Shown in pieces: positions 1 to 8,719 of a DNA stretch of 32,000 nucleotides. The translations under genes were made by a program, and so were the position numbers. This DNA comes from Candidatus Lokiarchaeum ossiferum (lineage in GTDB: Archaea; Asgardarchaeota; Lokiarchaeia; Sigyniarchaeales; Promethearchaeaceae). The notes under the pieces were generated by a model. That model worked only from the letters and a program-made list of their open reading frames with translations, made no database searches and was not told the DNA's origin. The stretch's first letter is position 1. Each line of letters begins with the position of its first letter. The stretch is taken from NCBI GenBank assembly GCA_025839675.1, contig CP104013.1:3990001-4022000 (forward strand). Direction: 5' to 3'.

Positions 1-1239
1 CTGAAAGTTGATGGGATCGAAATTACCAACGAATCCTTATTTTATACTGAGACTAATCTTGGAAAAAAAACCTTTTTCTATAATTTTGAAAATGAATATT
101 TAAATGATCCAAGTGACTCCATTCGGATCAGATATAATTATAATGTCAAGGTGCCTGTTTCCCAATGGAAAGTTGTAACTACCCGGGTTGAAACCGAAGA
201 AGGCGAAATTTTAGCAGGTGCTCCTCAATACATGACAAATTTGTCCACAACATTTACTCAAGTTTATGATTATTATGTAAAAATTGGAGGCTCTTCTAAT
301 TTACCTATTCGAGCCCTAACTAACATAAATTTGCCAAATAAAAATGAAATCTTTGATGTCAGTGTTGAAAGTTATAATGAGTTAAATAAAACGGATTTTT
401 CCTACGATACAAATTTATTAAATGAAAAAATTATTCAAATTGACGATTATCTTAACATTTCTTCGGGAGTGTCAATTGAGGGTCGATTTTATGCAAATTT
501 CACAGTTGAATTTTTGGAAGTCGTAGACGGCTTTTGGTGTGAAGATCGCCTTGTATCCGGAACGGATCGTCGTGAACGCGATTACAAAATAACTATTACT
601 GAAGGTCCGGCGGACTTAATGTTAGTCTATTTTGGATTTAATGATACATCCATATATTATTCCCACTTGTGGGGTGATCCAGATCTCCGTAGTGCTTTAG
701 GTCGAGATGTTTCCGTTGAAAATGTTAATCGATCGGCGTATCTTACACCCAGCGAACGCCTAGGTAAAGTTTTTATCGATGGTATTTCGATGCTCGCCCA
801 AAGTCAGTTAACTCCATATCTCTTGTTTAAAGGTGAAATTGATGTCATAACTGTTGGCTATATTGGAGTTTATGATTTAAAATTGACGGTGACCGATCGC
901 ATTCAGACACCTTTGGCTAATGTTCAAGTTAATATTTATATTAACGACATTCCTTATGGAACTTTGATGAGTAATTTTGAAAATTACCCCATTGCACCTA
1001 AAACTACAGATTCCCAAGGGCATATCTTGATTCGAAATGTACCGATATCAGATTTTACTATTGAGATTCTTGATGCAGAAGGAAATTCCCAAGAAAATTT
1101 AACCGCTAATTCTCTAAAGGATTATAATAAAAATTTGGTTATTACCTCCAAAAGTCATTTTCCTGCAATAATTTTGTATTTCGGAGGAATTAGTGCCGTG
1201 ATGGTAGTAATTGGATTTCTTAAATTCAAGAAGTATTAA
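1..1239 (+). CDS. Cell-surface protein, C-terminal part (5' end lies outside the window), with C-terminal transmembrane anchor
   Basis: Frame 1 is open from nt 1 (LKVDGIEITNESLFY...), with no stop before the track's GTG at 151, so the gene is truncated by the window edge. It has many N-x-S/T sequons (NES, NLS, NKT, NIS, NFT, NDT, NRS, NLT). The segment LKLTVTDRIQTPLANVQVNIYIND...TTDSQGHILIRNVPISDFTIEILD resembles a carboxypeptidase-regulatory-like beta-sandwich. The protein ends with a hydrophobic helix (FPAIILYFGGISAVMVVIGFL) plus the basic tail KFKKY. Confidence 0.7.
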   Translation: MKVDGIEITNESLFYTETNLGKKTFFYNFENEYLNDPSDSIRIRYNYNVKVPVSQWKVVTTRVETEEGEILAGAPQYMTNLSTTFTQVYDYYVKIGGSSNLPIRALTNINLPNKNEIFDVSVESYNELNKTDFSYDTNLLNEKIIQIDDYLNISSGVSIEGRFYANFTVEFLEVVDGFWCEDRLVSGTDRRERDYKITITEGPADLMLVYFGFNDTSIYYSHLWGDPDLRSALGRDVSVENVNRSAYLTPSERLGKVFIDGISMLAQSQLTPYLLFKGEIDVITVGYIGVYDLKLTVTDRIQTPLANVQVNIYINDIPYGTLMSNFENYPIAPKTTDSQGHILIRNVPISDFTIEILDAEGNSQENLTANSLKDYNKNLVITSKSHFPAIILYFGGISAVMVVIGFLKFKKY

Positions 1240-1278
1240 TTTTCTTTTTTCATTTCTATTTTTATCAAAAAATAATTT

Positions 1279-1306
1279 TACAACAAAAAAGCAAGTTGTA
1301 TTTTTT
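1279..1306. terminator. Possible bidirectional terminator between convergent genes (short hairpin plus T-run)
   Basis: TACAAC (1279-1284), a 10-nt spacer and GTTGTA (1295-1300) are followed by TTTTTT (1301-1306) and preceded by a T-run. The element sits in the 78-bp gap between the + gene ending at 1239 and the - gene ending at 1318. The stem is only 6 bp, so support is weak. Confidence 0.3.
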
Positions 1307-1317
1307 ATGAATAGGTT

Positions 1318-1686
1318 TTAAGTGCAATTGATTTTATCTTCAGGGAGATATTTTTCTTTAATGAAAATCAGTTTAGCTGGATTATTTTCTTTGTTTTCTA
1401 ATCCATGCGATTCATTGGCTTCCAAGCGAATTGCAGATCCCATTGGGATCTGGATTTCTTCTTTTTCCAATTTAAATGTCATTATTCCTTGGAGTACATA
1501 AAAGGTTTCACCCATATGTTCATGAAAATGTGCTGGTTTTTCTTCTCCTGGTTGCAATGTTATCAAACCCCAGTCAATATCTGGACCTCGATTCATATAT
1601 CGTACTCCTCCGTGAACAGGCTGTTCTTCTTCTGAAATAATTTTCATTCTCAAGCATCCTAGTTTTGATTTAAAAAAAATTACCAT
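1318..1686 (-). CDS. Cupin-domain protein (cupin_2 type)
   Basis: The cupin motifs read G(X)5HxH-like 'PGEEKPAHFHEHMGETFYVLQG' and 'GSAIRLEANESHGLEN'. There are two in-frame ATGs. The one at 1686 overlaps the upstream ADH stop (ATGGTAA). The one at 1647 gives MKIISEEEQ, about 109 aa, a more typical cupin size. The true start is uncertain. Confidence 0.75.
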   Translation of the reverse strand: MVIFFKSKLGCLRMKIISEEEQPVHGGVRYMNRGPDIDWGLITLQPGEEKPAHFHEHMGETFYVLQGIMTFKLEKEEIQIPMGSAIRLEANESHGLENKENNPAKLIFIKEKYLPEDKINCT

Positions 1687-3083
1687 GCTTTGTCCAATAA
1701 TTGTCGTAATGATTCCGGATCAATTGGACGGGGATTGGCATTCACTGATCTTCCCTTGGTCTGGGTGATAATCCACTCAAAATCTTCTTTTAATACACCT
1801 ATGTCTTGTAATCTTAGCGGGATTTGTACTTGGGAGAAAATTTCTTTTATCATTCCCGTTAATCTTCGTGCATTTTCGTAATCTGTTCCTTCAGGCTCGT
1901 ATTTATTGAATAAATCAAGTTGACTTAACACTTTTGCAATGTTGGCATATTTTTTCGCTTGCCATTCTAAGTTATAATCAATTACCCAAGGTAATAAAGC
2001 TCCACAAATTCTACCATGTGGTATATCGTATTTAACTCCAATTGGATGGGCGAGTCCATGCACTAATCCTAAATTTACATTGGAGAATGCAACTCCTGCG
2101 TAATATGAACCTAATAACATTTCTGCTCGTGCTGCAAAGTCTTGTCCATTTTCAAAAACTTTCTTCAAATTGCGACTTATGAGCACAATAGCTTCCATTG
2201 CATAAATATCGGCTAATGGATGGCTAAATTTAGAAACATATGCTTCAATTGCTTGAACAAATGCATCCGCTCCACTTGAAGCCGAAATATCGGGAGGGCA
2301 AGAAAGGGTTAATTCCGGATCTAACAAGATGAACTTTGCAATGAGTTGGTTTCCTCGAATGCTTTTTTTAAACCCATTCACTTTATCGATAAGCACGGCA
2401 TTATTGGTTATTTCGGATCCAGTACCTGCTGTTGTTGGTACAGCTATCAAGGGTATTCCTGGTAACTCAAAAGGTTTACCTTCATAATAATCTTCTACCA
2501 GTCCTCCGTTCGTTGCAATACCTGCTATTGCTTTTGCAACATCTATTACTGACCCTCCTCCGATTCCCGCTATGTAATGAGGTTTCTCATCCAATGCAAT
2601 TTGAACTCCTTCATTTACCATATCAATAGTTGCTTCTCCACTTCCACATGAGTATATTAAGGTAACAATAGCGTTTCTTTCACAAGCCGCTAATAAACGA
2701 TCTAAAGCTCCAGAAGATTTTAATGATTTTCCTCCGATAACTATCAACAATTTAGGCTGTTCAATCGCCGCTTTTTTTATATGCATTAACATGGGGTCCA
2801 AAAGCGAAAAAATAGCCTTCGGTAATTCTTCTAACATCCCCTTTCCAAATTTCACCCGGGGTTGGGGAAACGAAAACTGAACTTCATCCCATTTTGTTGG
2901 AACTAAATGTTCCGTTTCTTGATTGGTTAACTTATTTTGCTTTTCGGGCTTTTCATTCGGAGAATGAAGAACTTCTAATACGTGATCCGCTGGTTCATCC
3001 TCACAAACTTCAGTGGGGCGATCTTTGGTATTTTCAGTTTTTTCATCTGAAGGTATTGGAACCATTTCTAGAGATAATAACAC
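1680..3083 (-). CDS. Iron-containing (group III) alcohol dehydrogenase with a ~65-aa acidic N-terminal extension
   Basis: Fe-ADH hallmarks are present: GIGGGSVIDVAKAIAG (NAD-binding glycine motif), AVPTTAGTGSE, and the metal-binding histidines in GLVHGLAHPIGVKYDIPHGRICG. The track start is GTG at 3083. The in-frame ATG at 3065 (MVPIPSDEK) is the more likely start. The gene forms an operon with the cupin gene downstream. Confidence 0.9.
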   Translation of the reverse strand: MLLSLEMVPIPSDEKTENTKDRPTEVCEDEPADHVLEVLHSPNEKPEKQNKLTNQETEHLVPTKWDEVQFSFPQPRVKFGKGMLEELPKAIFSLLDPMLMHIKKAAIEQPKLLIVIGGKSLKSSGALDRLLAACERNAIVTLIYSCGSGEATIDMVNEGVQIALDEKPHYIAGIGGGSVIDVAKAIAGIATNGGLVEDYYEGKPFELPGIPLIAVPTTAGTGSEITNNAVLIDKVNGFKKSIRGNQLIAKFILLDPELTLSCPPDISASSGADAFVQAIEAYVSKFSHPLADIYAMEAIVLISRNLKKVFENGQDFAARAEMLLGSYYAGVAFSNVNLGLVHGLAHPIGVKYDIPHGRICGALLPWVIDYNLEWQAKKYANIAKVLSQLDLFNKYEPEGTDYENARRLTGMIKEIFSQVQIPLRLQDIGVLKEDFEWIITQTKGRSVNANPRPIDPESLRQLLDKAW

Positions 3084-3099
3084 ATCTAGAGATAATAAC
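3067..3099. repeat. Perfect 15-bp direct repeat TCTAGAGATAATAAC x2 (period 18 bp) abutting the ADH start codon
   Basis: Copy 1 is at 3067-3081, the spacer ACA at 3082-3084 and copy 2 at 3085-3099. On the coding (minus) strand each copy reads GTTATTATCTCTAGA. The proximal copy ends 1 nt before the ATG at 3065. Confidence 0.9.
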
Positions 3100-3558
3100 G
3101 TTTCTTGATAGAAGTTTAATTACATAAACACTCATTTAAGGAAATAGATCTATGAGAAATTTTGTGAAAAATTTGGGAGGTATTTTTTTGAAATTGATAA
3201 AAATCGGGCTCAAGATGATTCAAAGAGGTGTTTTCATTGTAGTAATTAAATAATATACTCAAATATGCAGGTGAAAAACATGATTAAAACACGTCAAAAA
3301 TACGAAAATCGATTTGTTCGAAATCTCTACCTTGTCCTCTAATTTTATTTTTTTTCCTTTTTCACACAATTCTCTCATTTTTTTTTTTTAACATAAAATA
3401 TTTCTTTATATCAACGAATTTGTGCTGGAATTGTTTCCAAAAGGAAGTTTCAATAACATTGAAAGCAAATTCATTTATCGTTTTGTTTTAAGGTGCATAT
3501 CCTTAGTAGAAAATCGATACTGGATCAAATTTATTAATATAAAAATTATATTATTGAT

Positions 3559-4395
3559 ATGATAAGAGACTCTAATTCAATAGAAAAGCCAGAGAGCCAT
3601 TTTTGGATCGATTTCAATATTTTCAACTTCATTAAAATTATTAGAACTAACACAAAATTGCGAACTGTATTGATTTTGTTTTCTATTTTTCAATTCCTCG
3701 TGATGACTTTATTGACTATTTTTCAGCCTTCTGGCCAATTTATTCTAGGACTTATCCCGGGAATAATTAGTCTTTTAATCGTCATTCCGTTTGTAGTATC
3801 TCAATATGCCCAACTCCAAAAATCACAAAACCCTAAGTCTCCCGAGTCCATCAAATCTGAATCCTATGTTTCAGTCTTCCGGACTTATTTTATTGTATTC
3901 GGAACATTTCTAAGTTTTGGGGTTATTTTGGGCGGATTTATTTATGGAATCGTCTTTTTTGTCTCCCAACTAATTTCTTTTGCATATGTAGGTGTGTTTT
4001 TCATCATTTTAGAAGTACTTTTTGGGTTGATGTCAATAATCTTGGTTTATATTGTTATAAATTTCTTCTATATCAAATTGAAGCAACCTCAAATTACTTT
4101 TAGAAAAAATCTTCAGAATTCATGGATCGATGCAAAAAATGAATGGCAAACTATCTACGGGCAAATTTTTAGTCGTTCTTTTCTATTAATCCCCCTCTTG
4201 TTACTTGAATATATTGTTCAATTTGGTGGTGTTTGGCTCATATTTCAAATTGTGGGATCTGAAGTGCCAATTGGTGGGCTATTCAATCCTGATGGATCAT
4301 TCGTTGTACTATTCGTCGAAATTTTCATTCTAAATGGTTTTCTTCTTCTTATGAATTTTATTTTTATTCAACGGATTCATGAAAAAAACAGATGA
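3559..4395 (+). CDS. Polytopic integral membrane protein, unknown function
   Basis: This is a 278-aa ORF with about 6 long hydrophobic segments (e.g. VLILFSIFQFLVMTLLTIF, FILGLIPGIISLLIVIPFVV, YFIVFGTFLSFGVILGGFIYGIVFFV, VGVFFIILEVLFGLMSIILVYIVINFF). I recognise no family motif. Confidence 0.65.
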   Translation: MIRDSNSIEKPESHFWIDFNIFNFIKIIRTNTKLRTVLILFSIFQFLVMTLLTIFQPSGQFILGLIPGIISLLIVIPFVVSQYAQLQKSQNPKSPESIKSESYVSVFRTYFIVFGTFLSFGVILGGFIYGIVFFVSQLISFAYVGVFFIILEVLFGLMSIILVYIVINFFYIKLKQPQITFRKNLQNSWIDAKNEWQTIYGQIFSRSFLLIPLLLLEYIVQFGGVWLIFQIVGSEVPIGGLFNPDGSFVVLFVEIFILNGFLLLMNFIFIQRIHEKNR

Positions 4396-4500
4396 GTTGG
4401 TGGCAAATAAGAATTGTAAAATATGAAAAAAAATACCGAATTCTCGGAAAATCGTATTATTCATGCGATGTGATGATAAATTCTATTGTGTTGAATCTAT

Positions 4501-5223
4501 CTATTTCAAGTTTTCTTTTTCACCTTTTTTTTGGGTTTCTTTTGGGTTATTTCTTTTCTTTTTTTGGAAAAATATGATCATACCTAAAACGAGAGTTATT
4601 ATGACTCCATTTACTACAATTGCCATCCATACAGTCGGAAATTCCCAAAAAAGAAACCATATTCCGCTCCCTTCACTTTTGAAATCGGAATAAGTGCTTA
4701 GCAAATCAACAGAATAGCTACCTTGATCCCCAACATATTGATCAAATTGTGTTCCATTCCAGTACATGCCAATTTTAAACGAAATTTCAGAATTATTGAT
4801 GGGAAGAATATTTCGGGTAAAATTTAGTGATATTTTTTGGTGAAAGGCTAATCCTGGGGTGGCAACACCTCCTAAAAATGATTCTAAAGACGCATAATCC
4901 TCTTTATTATTGTCTAAAAAGAAAATTTGAAGGAAGTGGAATTGTATATAACCATTATTAATTGAAGCATCTAAGATAAAATCCAGCGTCTGATTTACTT
5001 GATATTCCGATGCAAAAGTTAGATTTAAGAATACTTGCTGGAAATCTGTAGTTAAATTGTGTTCCCAAATATAGATCGTTTCTGCAGAGCTATGTGGTGA
5101 AATTAAATGTTCTGGAACGAAATAATCTTCAGAAGGTAAATTTGAGCTCAATTGATATGGAAATGTGGGAATTAAGACGAGAAATGTACAAAGCACTATT
5201 GTAATTTTATTTTTTTTTGTCAT
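4501..5223 (-). CDS. Extracellular protein with N-terminal signal/anchor and C-terminal TM anchor, last gene of the ABC-2 operon
   Basis: The N-terminus MTKKNKITIVLCTFLVLIPTF looks like a signal peptide. Sequons NLT, NQT, NFT, NNS and NGT are present. The C-terminus has a TM helix (VWMAIVVNGVIITLVLGMIIFF) and a lysine-rich tail. The gene lies only 11 bp downstream of the ABC-2 permease gene on the same strand. Confidence 0.7.
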   Translation of the reverse strand: MTKKNKITIVLCTFLVLIPTFPYQLSSNLPSEDYFVPEHLISPHSSAETIYIWEHNLTTDFQQVFLNLTFASEYQVNQTLDFILDASINNGYIQFHFLQIFFLDNNKEDYASLESFLGGVATPGLAFHQKISLNFTRNILPINNSEISFKIGMYWNGTQFDQYVGDQGSYSVDLLSTYSDFKSEGSGIWFLFWEFPTVWMAIVVNGVIITLVLGMIIFFQKKKRNNPKETQKKGEKENLK

Positions 5224-5234
5224 TTTTTGTTCTC

Positions 5235-6410
5235 CTATACTCTGTTTTTACGACTGAAAACAATCAACCCCAAACTTATTGATCCAATGGCAAAGGCTAA
5301 ATTGATCAATAAATCTTCCAAAACGTAAGCCATCCCCAGCCCTTGTACTAATATTGCTCGCATTGCGTTGGCTGCATAATATGTTGGGAATATTTTATTG
5401 AAGAATCCCGCTGAAAAGATCGCAATCGTCCCCCCAAAGAATTGAAAGGGGAGAATTAAGATCCATGCAAGTCCTCCTGCAGCATTGGAATCCTTCACGA
5501 GAGCAGCCACAATCAATCCAAACCCAATGCAAGTCATGGCTAAGATAAAACAATTGAGAAATGCCAGAAACCAATTTGCCTCCGGATGAATTTCCACACC
5601 AAATATTACAAGACATAGCATTAAAATGATTATCTGAATCGAAGAAAATACTAATTGGGCACTTCCGTTTCCCAATAATTGGGTCGCTCGGGGTACTGGG
5701 GTAGTATCAAGACGTTCCATAAGACCTCGTTCTTTTTCTCTTCCCATGTTCTGGGCAATATTCATGATTGCGATAGTGACACCCGCAACTACCACTCCGG
5801 GCATTAAATAATCGAAATAGGCGATCTGTTCTTGACTCGCCTCAATTTTAATTTCACTCAAACTCACATTTTCTTGTTGGACAATCATCTGATTGATCAA
5901 TCCTTCAATTATACTCCCCACGATAGATTGAATGGTGGGATCGGGAGGACAAAAAATCTCAACTTGAGGTCCCTCGGGAAATGCGGGGTCAAATAATATT
6001 TCTGAAAAATTGGTGGGAAAGATTACTAAAGCATCTATATCACCTGAGACAACCTGAGTTCGGGCTTCTTCTTCATTCAAGTTTACGATTGCTGTTATTG
6101 TTTCATTAAAAGGGCTCTCTGGATCCTCAAAGAACCCGATTATAAATTCTGAACCGAAATCAACACTTTCTCCTGTATTTTGTCCATCCCAAGCTATACT
6201 ATCATAAGAGACAAATGCAACATCAAAGGTTGCCACACTGCTTCCACGTAATCCAATAGTAAAAATTATCATGAACAATACAGGATATCCTATCACCCAA
6301 AACCATGAAGGACGATCTCGATATGAGATTTTTAGATATTTGCTAAAGATTCCCGTAAATTGGGAAAAGGAAGATTGATTGCCAGGTTTATTTTTTTCTG
6401 AAGATTTCAT
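5235..6410 (-). CDS. ABC-2 type transporter permease
   Basis: The topology is typical of the ABC-2 family: one N-terminal TM (WFWVIGYPVLFMIIFTIGL), a large extracytoplasmic loop of about 150 aa, then five clustered TM helices. The gene lies 22 bp downstream of the ATPase gene. Confidence 0.8.
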   Translation of the reverse strand: MKSSEKNKPGNQSSFSQFTGIFSKYLKISYRDRPSWFWVIGYPVLFMIIFTIGLRGSSVATFDVAFVSYDSIAWDGQNTGESVDFGSEFIIGFFEDPESPFNETITAIVNLNEEEARTQVVSGDIDALVIFPTNFSEILFDPAFPEGPQVEIFCPPDPTIQSIVGSIIEGLINQMIVQQENVSLSEIKIEASQEQIAYFDYLMPGVVVAGVTIAIMNIAQNMGREKERGLMERLDTTPVPRATQLLGNGSAQLVFSSIQIIILMLCLVIFGVEIHPEANWFLAFLNCFILAMTCIGFGLIVAALVKDSNAAGGLAWILILPFQFFGGTIAIFSAGFFNKIFPTYYAANAMRAILVQGLGMAYVLEDLLINLAFAIGSISLGLIVFSRKNRV

Positions 6411-6432
6411 ATTTTTTCTCTCCTGTATTATT

Positions 6433-7401
6433 TTATCCTCGTAACTCCTTTCCGGTCAAATCTAAGAATACATCTTCCAGTGTATTCTGCCGAATGACAA
6501 GATCCCGTAATTTTATTTTGAACTTCTGATCGATTTGATCATAAAACTCGGAAATTTTCCTTAAACCATTGAGAGCACTAAAAGATATTCGTTCTTTTCC
6601 TAACTCCTTCGCCCAAAGCACTGATGTTTGTTTGTCCAAAAAGTGAACTATTTGTTCCCGTTTGTTAAGTTCTTTTTCCATCAAGCGGAATTCAATAACA
6701 TCACCTTCCCCTACCTTTCCTTTTAATTCTTGAGGGGTTCCTTGTGCAATAATTTTACCGTGATCAATTATGGCCAGCTCGTCAGAGAGATCATCTGCCT
6801 CCTCCATGTTATGGGTGGTTAGAATTACTGTTTTACCTTTATTCTCAAAATCTTTAATAAAATCCCAAACTACTCTACGACTTTGGGGATCTAACCCTGC
6901 ACTGGGTTCGTCAAAGAAAATTATTTCTGGATCATGAATAACAGCCATGAGTATATTGACTCGTCGTTTCATTCCCCCAGAATATCCTTTCACTTTTTCA
7001 TCCGCGCGGTCGAATAGATTCATTTTAGTCAATAGTTCGTCAGTTCGCTTCTTGTATATTGGAGGGGGAATTTTATGCATTTTGGCAATTAAGTGAATGT
7101 TTTCACGGGCTGTGAGAAGTTCATACATAATGAGATCTTGGGGACAAACTCCAATTAACTTTCGAATTTTATCACGTTGTTTTTGTAAATCAAAACCACA
7201 AATCATTGCCGTTCCTTGGGTTGGGGGGAGAATTGTAGAAAGCATTCTGATTGTTGTGCTTTTTCCAGCCCCATTGGGGCCTAAAAATCCAAAAATTTTA
7301 CCTTTTGAAATTTTTAAATTAATTTTATCCACCGCTGAGACGTTGCCGTATTGCTTAGTTAAATCTATGGTTTCAATGCAAATTTCTGAAATTGTATTCA
7401 C
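6433..7401 (-). CDS. ABC transporter ATP-binding protein (ABC-2/DrrA-like subfamily)
   Basis: Motifs present are Walker A GPNGAGKST, Q-loop, signature YSGGMKRRV, Walker B IIFFDEPSAGLD and H-loop TTHNMEEA. An accessory C-terminal domain of about 90 aa is typical of this subfamily. Confidence 0.92.
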   Translation of the reverse strand: MNTISEICIETIDLTKQYGNVSAVDKINLKISKGKIFGFLGPNGAGKSTTIRMLSTILPPTQGTAMICGFDLQKQRDKIRKLIGVCPQDLIMYELLTARENIHLIAKMHKIPPPIYKKRTDELLTKMNLFDRADEKVKGYSGGMKRRVNILMAVIHDPEIIFFDEPSAGLDPQSRRVVWDFIKDFENKGKTVILTTHNMEEADDLSDELAIIDHGKIIAQGTPQELKGKVGEGDVIEFRLMEKELNKREQIVHFLDKQTSVLWAKELGKERISFSALNGLRKISEFYDQIDQKFKIKLRDLVIRQNTLEDVFLDLTGKELRG

Positions 7402-7654
7402 CTTTGTGTAGTAGATACTTAATAAATGTCTGAGTGAAGAAAAATTTTTTTCCTTCAGTATGTTATACAGTACATCGATAGGTTGATTTTAAAGTTATTA
7501 TTTTTAAAATATTAGTTTTCTACTTACTGGTCAAAACGTCTAATTGGACTAAATTTGTGATTTTTCAATACCAAAAATTGTTTAGTTCCATCTAACTTCC
7601 AATTTGACATCTCACAATGAATAACTAAAAAGAAGAGTATGTTAATATGAATAA

Positions 7655-8521
7655 TCATAAACATCTTTTTTTTTGATTCGATTTTCTCTTTGTTAATATA
7701 ATAGTGCTGACAAACATAGTACTAATAATTCCAATGAATGAAAATGAGTTAATTTTTCTAGTCTTATCGGAATTTTCCGTGCCTGATCTTATGTTTTTAA
7801 TAGATGTTTCTTTAATGTAATAACTCTGTACTGAAGTTTCAAAATTGCATGTGACTCCATCGCAAAACCGGATTTTTTGGTATACTTCCGAAAATTCAGA
7901 TATATACCCTGTTGTTTGGTTAAATTTTAGTTTGTATAAGATTGTATATGTAAATCTGGTGCTGCCTGCCGTATATGTGGATAAATCATAAATTAAGGAT
8001 GCTGTTTCATTATTATCAAGAAAATCGATCCTAAAATTCTCCGACTCAATGATTGATTGATTAATATCCCAAAAATTTTCGGCCTTTTGCTCAAGTTGGA
8101 AATCTGATATTGAGATATTTGAAAAAAAATCTTGAAATTGGAGAGTTGTGGGATAGATCCAGAAGAAAGATGCTTGGGAACTCTGATTATTTGATATAGT
8201 TAAATTTTCATCTTTGATTATTGAAAATTCTTTTAAATCCAAAGCGTCTGTATAAGATTTTGTGGTATAATGTCGGAGATTTAGCTTAAATTGTGAGTCA
8301 TCAAGGATTTGTATGTCAGTTATTCTGATTTGATAAAAGGAATCGAAATCATGATTTTTTTTAACTTCATATAGAATATAATCATCATTTTCAATATTAT
8401 ATGATTCCCGAAATGCTGGAAATGATTCCGTATTCGCATCAATTGTGGCTAGCTCCAATGAAAGTACAAAATAAATAAGAAATAACCGAGAATACTTTTT
8501 TTTTAATTGCATCGAGATCAT
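7655..8521 (-). CDS. Secreted/anchored protein of unknown function (signal peptide plus C-terminal TM anchor)
   Basis: The N-terminus KKKYSRLFLIYFVLSLELATIDA is signal-like. The body is Asn/Ser/Thr-rich with sequons (NLT, NQS, NIS, NQS, NET, NQT). The C-terminus has a TM helix FSFIGIISTMFVSTIIL followed by TKRKSNQKKRCL. Confidence 0.65.
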   Translation of the reverse strand: MISMQLKKKYSRLFLIYFVLSLELATIDANTESFPAFRESYNIENDDYILYEVKKNHDFDSFYQIRITDIQILDDSQFKLNLRHYTTKSYTDALDLKEFSIIKDENLTISNNQSSQASFFWIYPTTLQFQDFFSNISISDFQLEQKAENFWDINQSIIESENFRIDFLDNNETASLIYDLSTYTAGSTRFTYTILYKLKFNQTTGYISEFSEVYQKIRFCDGVTCNFETSVQSYYIKETSIKNIRSGTENSDKTRKINSFSFIGIISTMFVSTIILTKRKSNQKKRCL

Positions 8522-8719
8522 ACCTACAAAAATTACTTCTTATTGAAAATTATATTTCCAAAAAAAAATAAGCAGAAAGATTTTATATATGAAATATATT
8601 ACAGAATGTATTTAAATATTTAATACTTTATTGTTCAAATAAAGTCTTCTTTTTTTAAATTACATCTAATTTTGGAGAATTGGTGAAGATATATCACATT
8701 GGAATATTTTAAAATTACT

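Noticed and set aside
1405-3127. Track ORFs 1405..1635(+), 1690..1881(+), 2432..2629(+) and 2894..3127(+), which lie antisense to the cupin and ADH genes
   Set aside because: They sit entirely inside, and opposite to, CDSs with strong family motifs. Their translations are low-complexity (F/L/S-rich) with no recognisable features, which is typical of shadow ORFs.
3152-3253. 33-codon ORF MRNFVKNLGGIFLKLIKIGLKMIQRGVFIVVIK in the 475-bp ADH/membrane-protein intergenic region
   Set aside because: It is amphipathic/hydrophobic and preceded by AAGGA 9 nt upstream, so it is not impossible as a micro-protein. A single short ORF with no comparative or expression evidence cannot be supported from sequence alone.
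4392-4693. ORFs 4392..4577(+) and 4463..4693(+)
   Set aside because: They overlap the 3' end (TM anchor plus Lys-rich tail) of the well-supported minus-strand gene 4501..5223 and are its antisense shadow (poly-Phe/Leu from the poly-Lys/Glu complement). There is no independent support.
7436-7458. Imperfect A/T-rich palindrome TGAAGAAAAATTTTTTTCCTTCA upstream of the ABC-2 operon
   Set aside because: The stem is almost entirely A/T with mismatches. Such pseudo-palindromes arise readily from adjacent A- and T-runs in AT-rich DNA, and its position (about 200 bp from the upstream gene's stop, about 40 bp from the operon start) fits no clear model.
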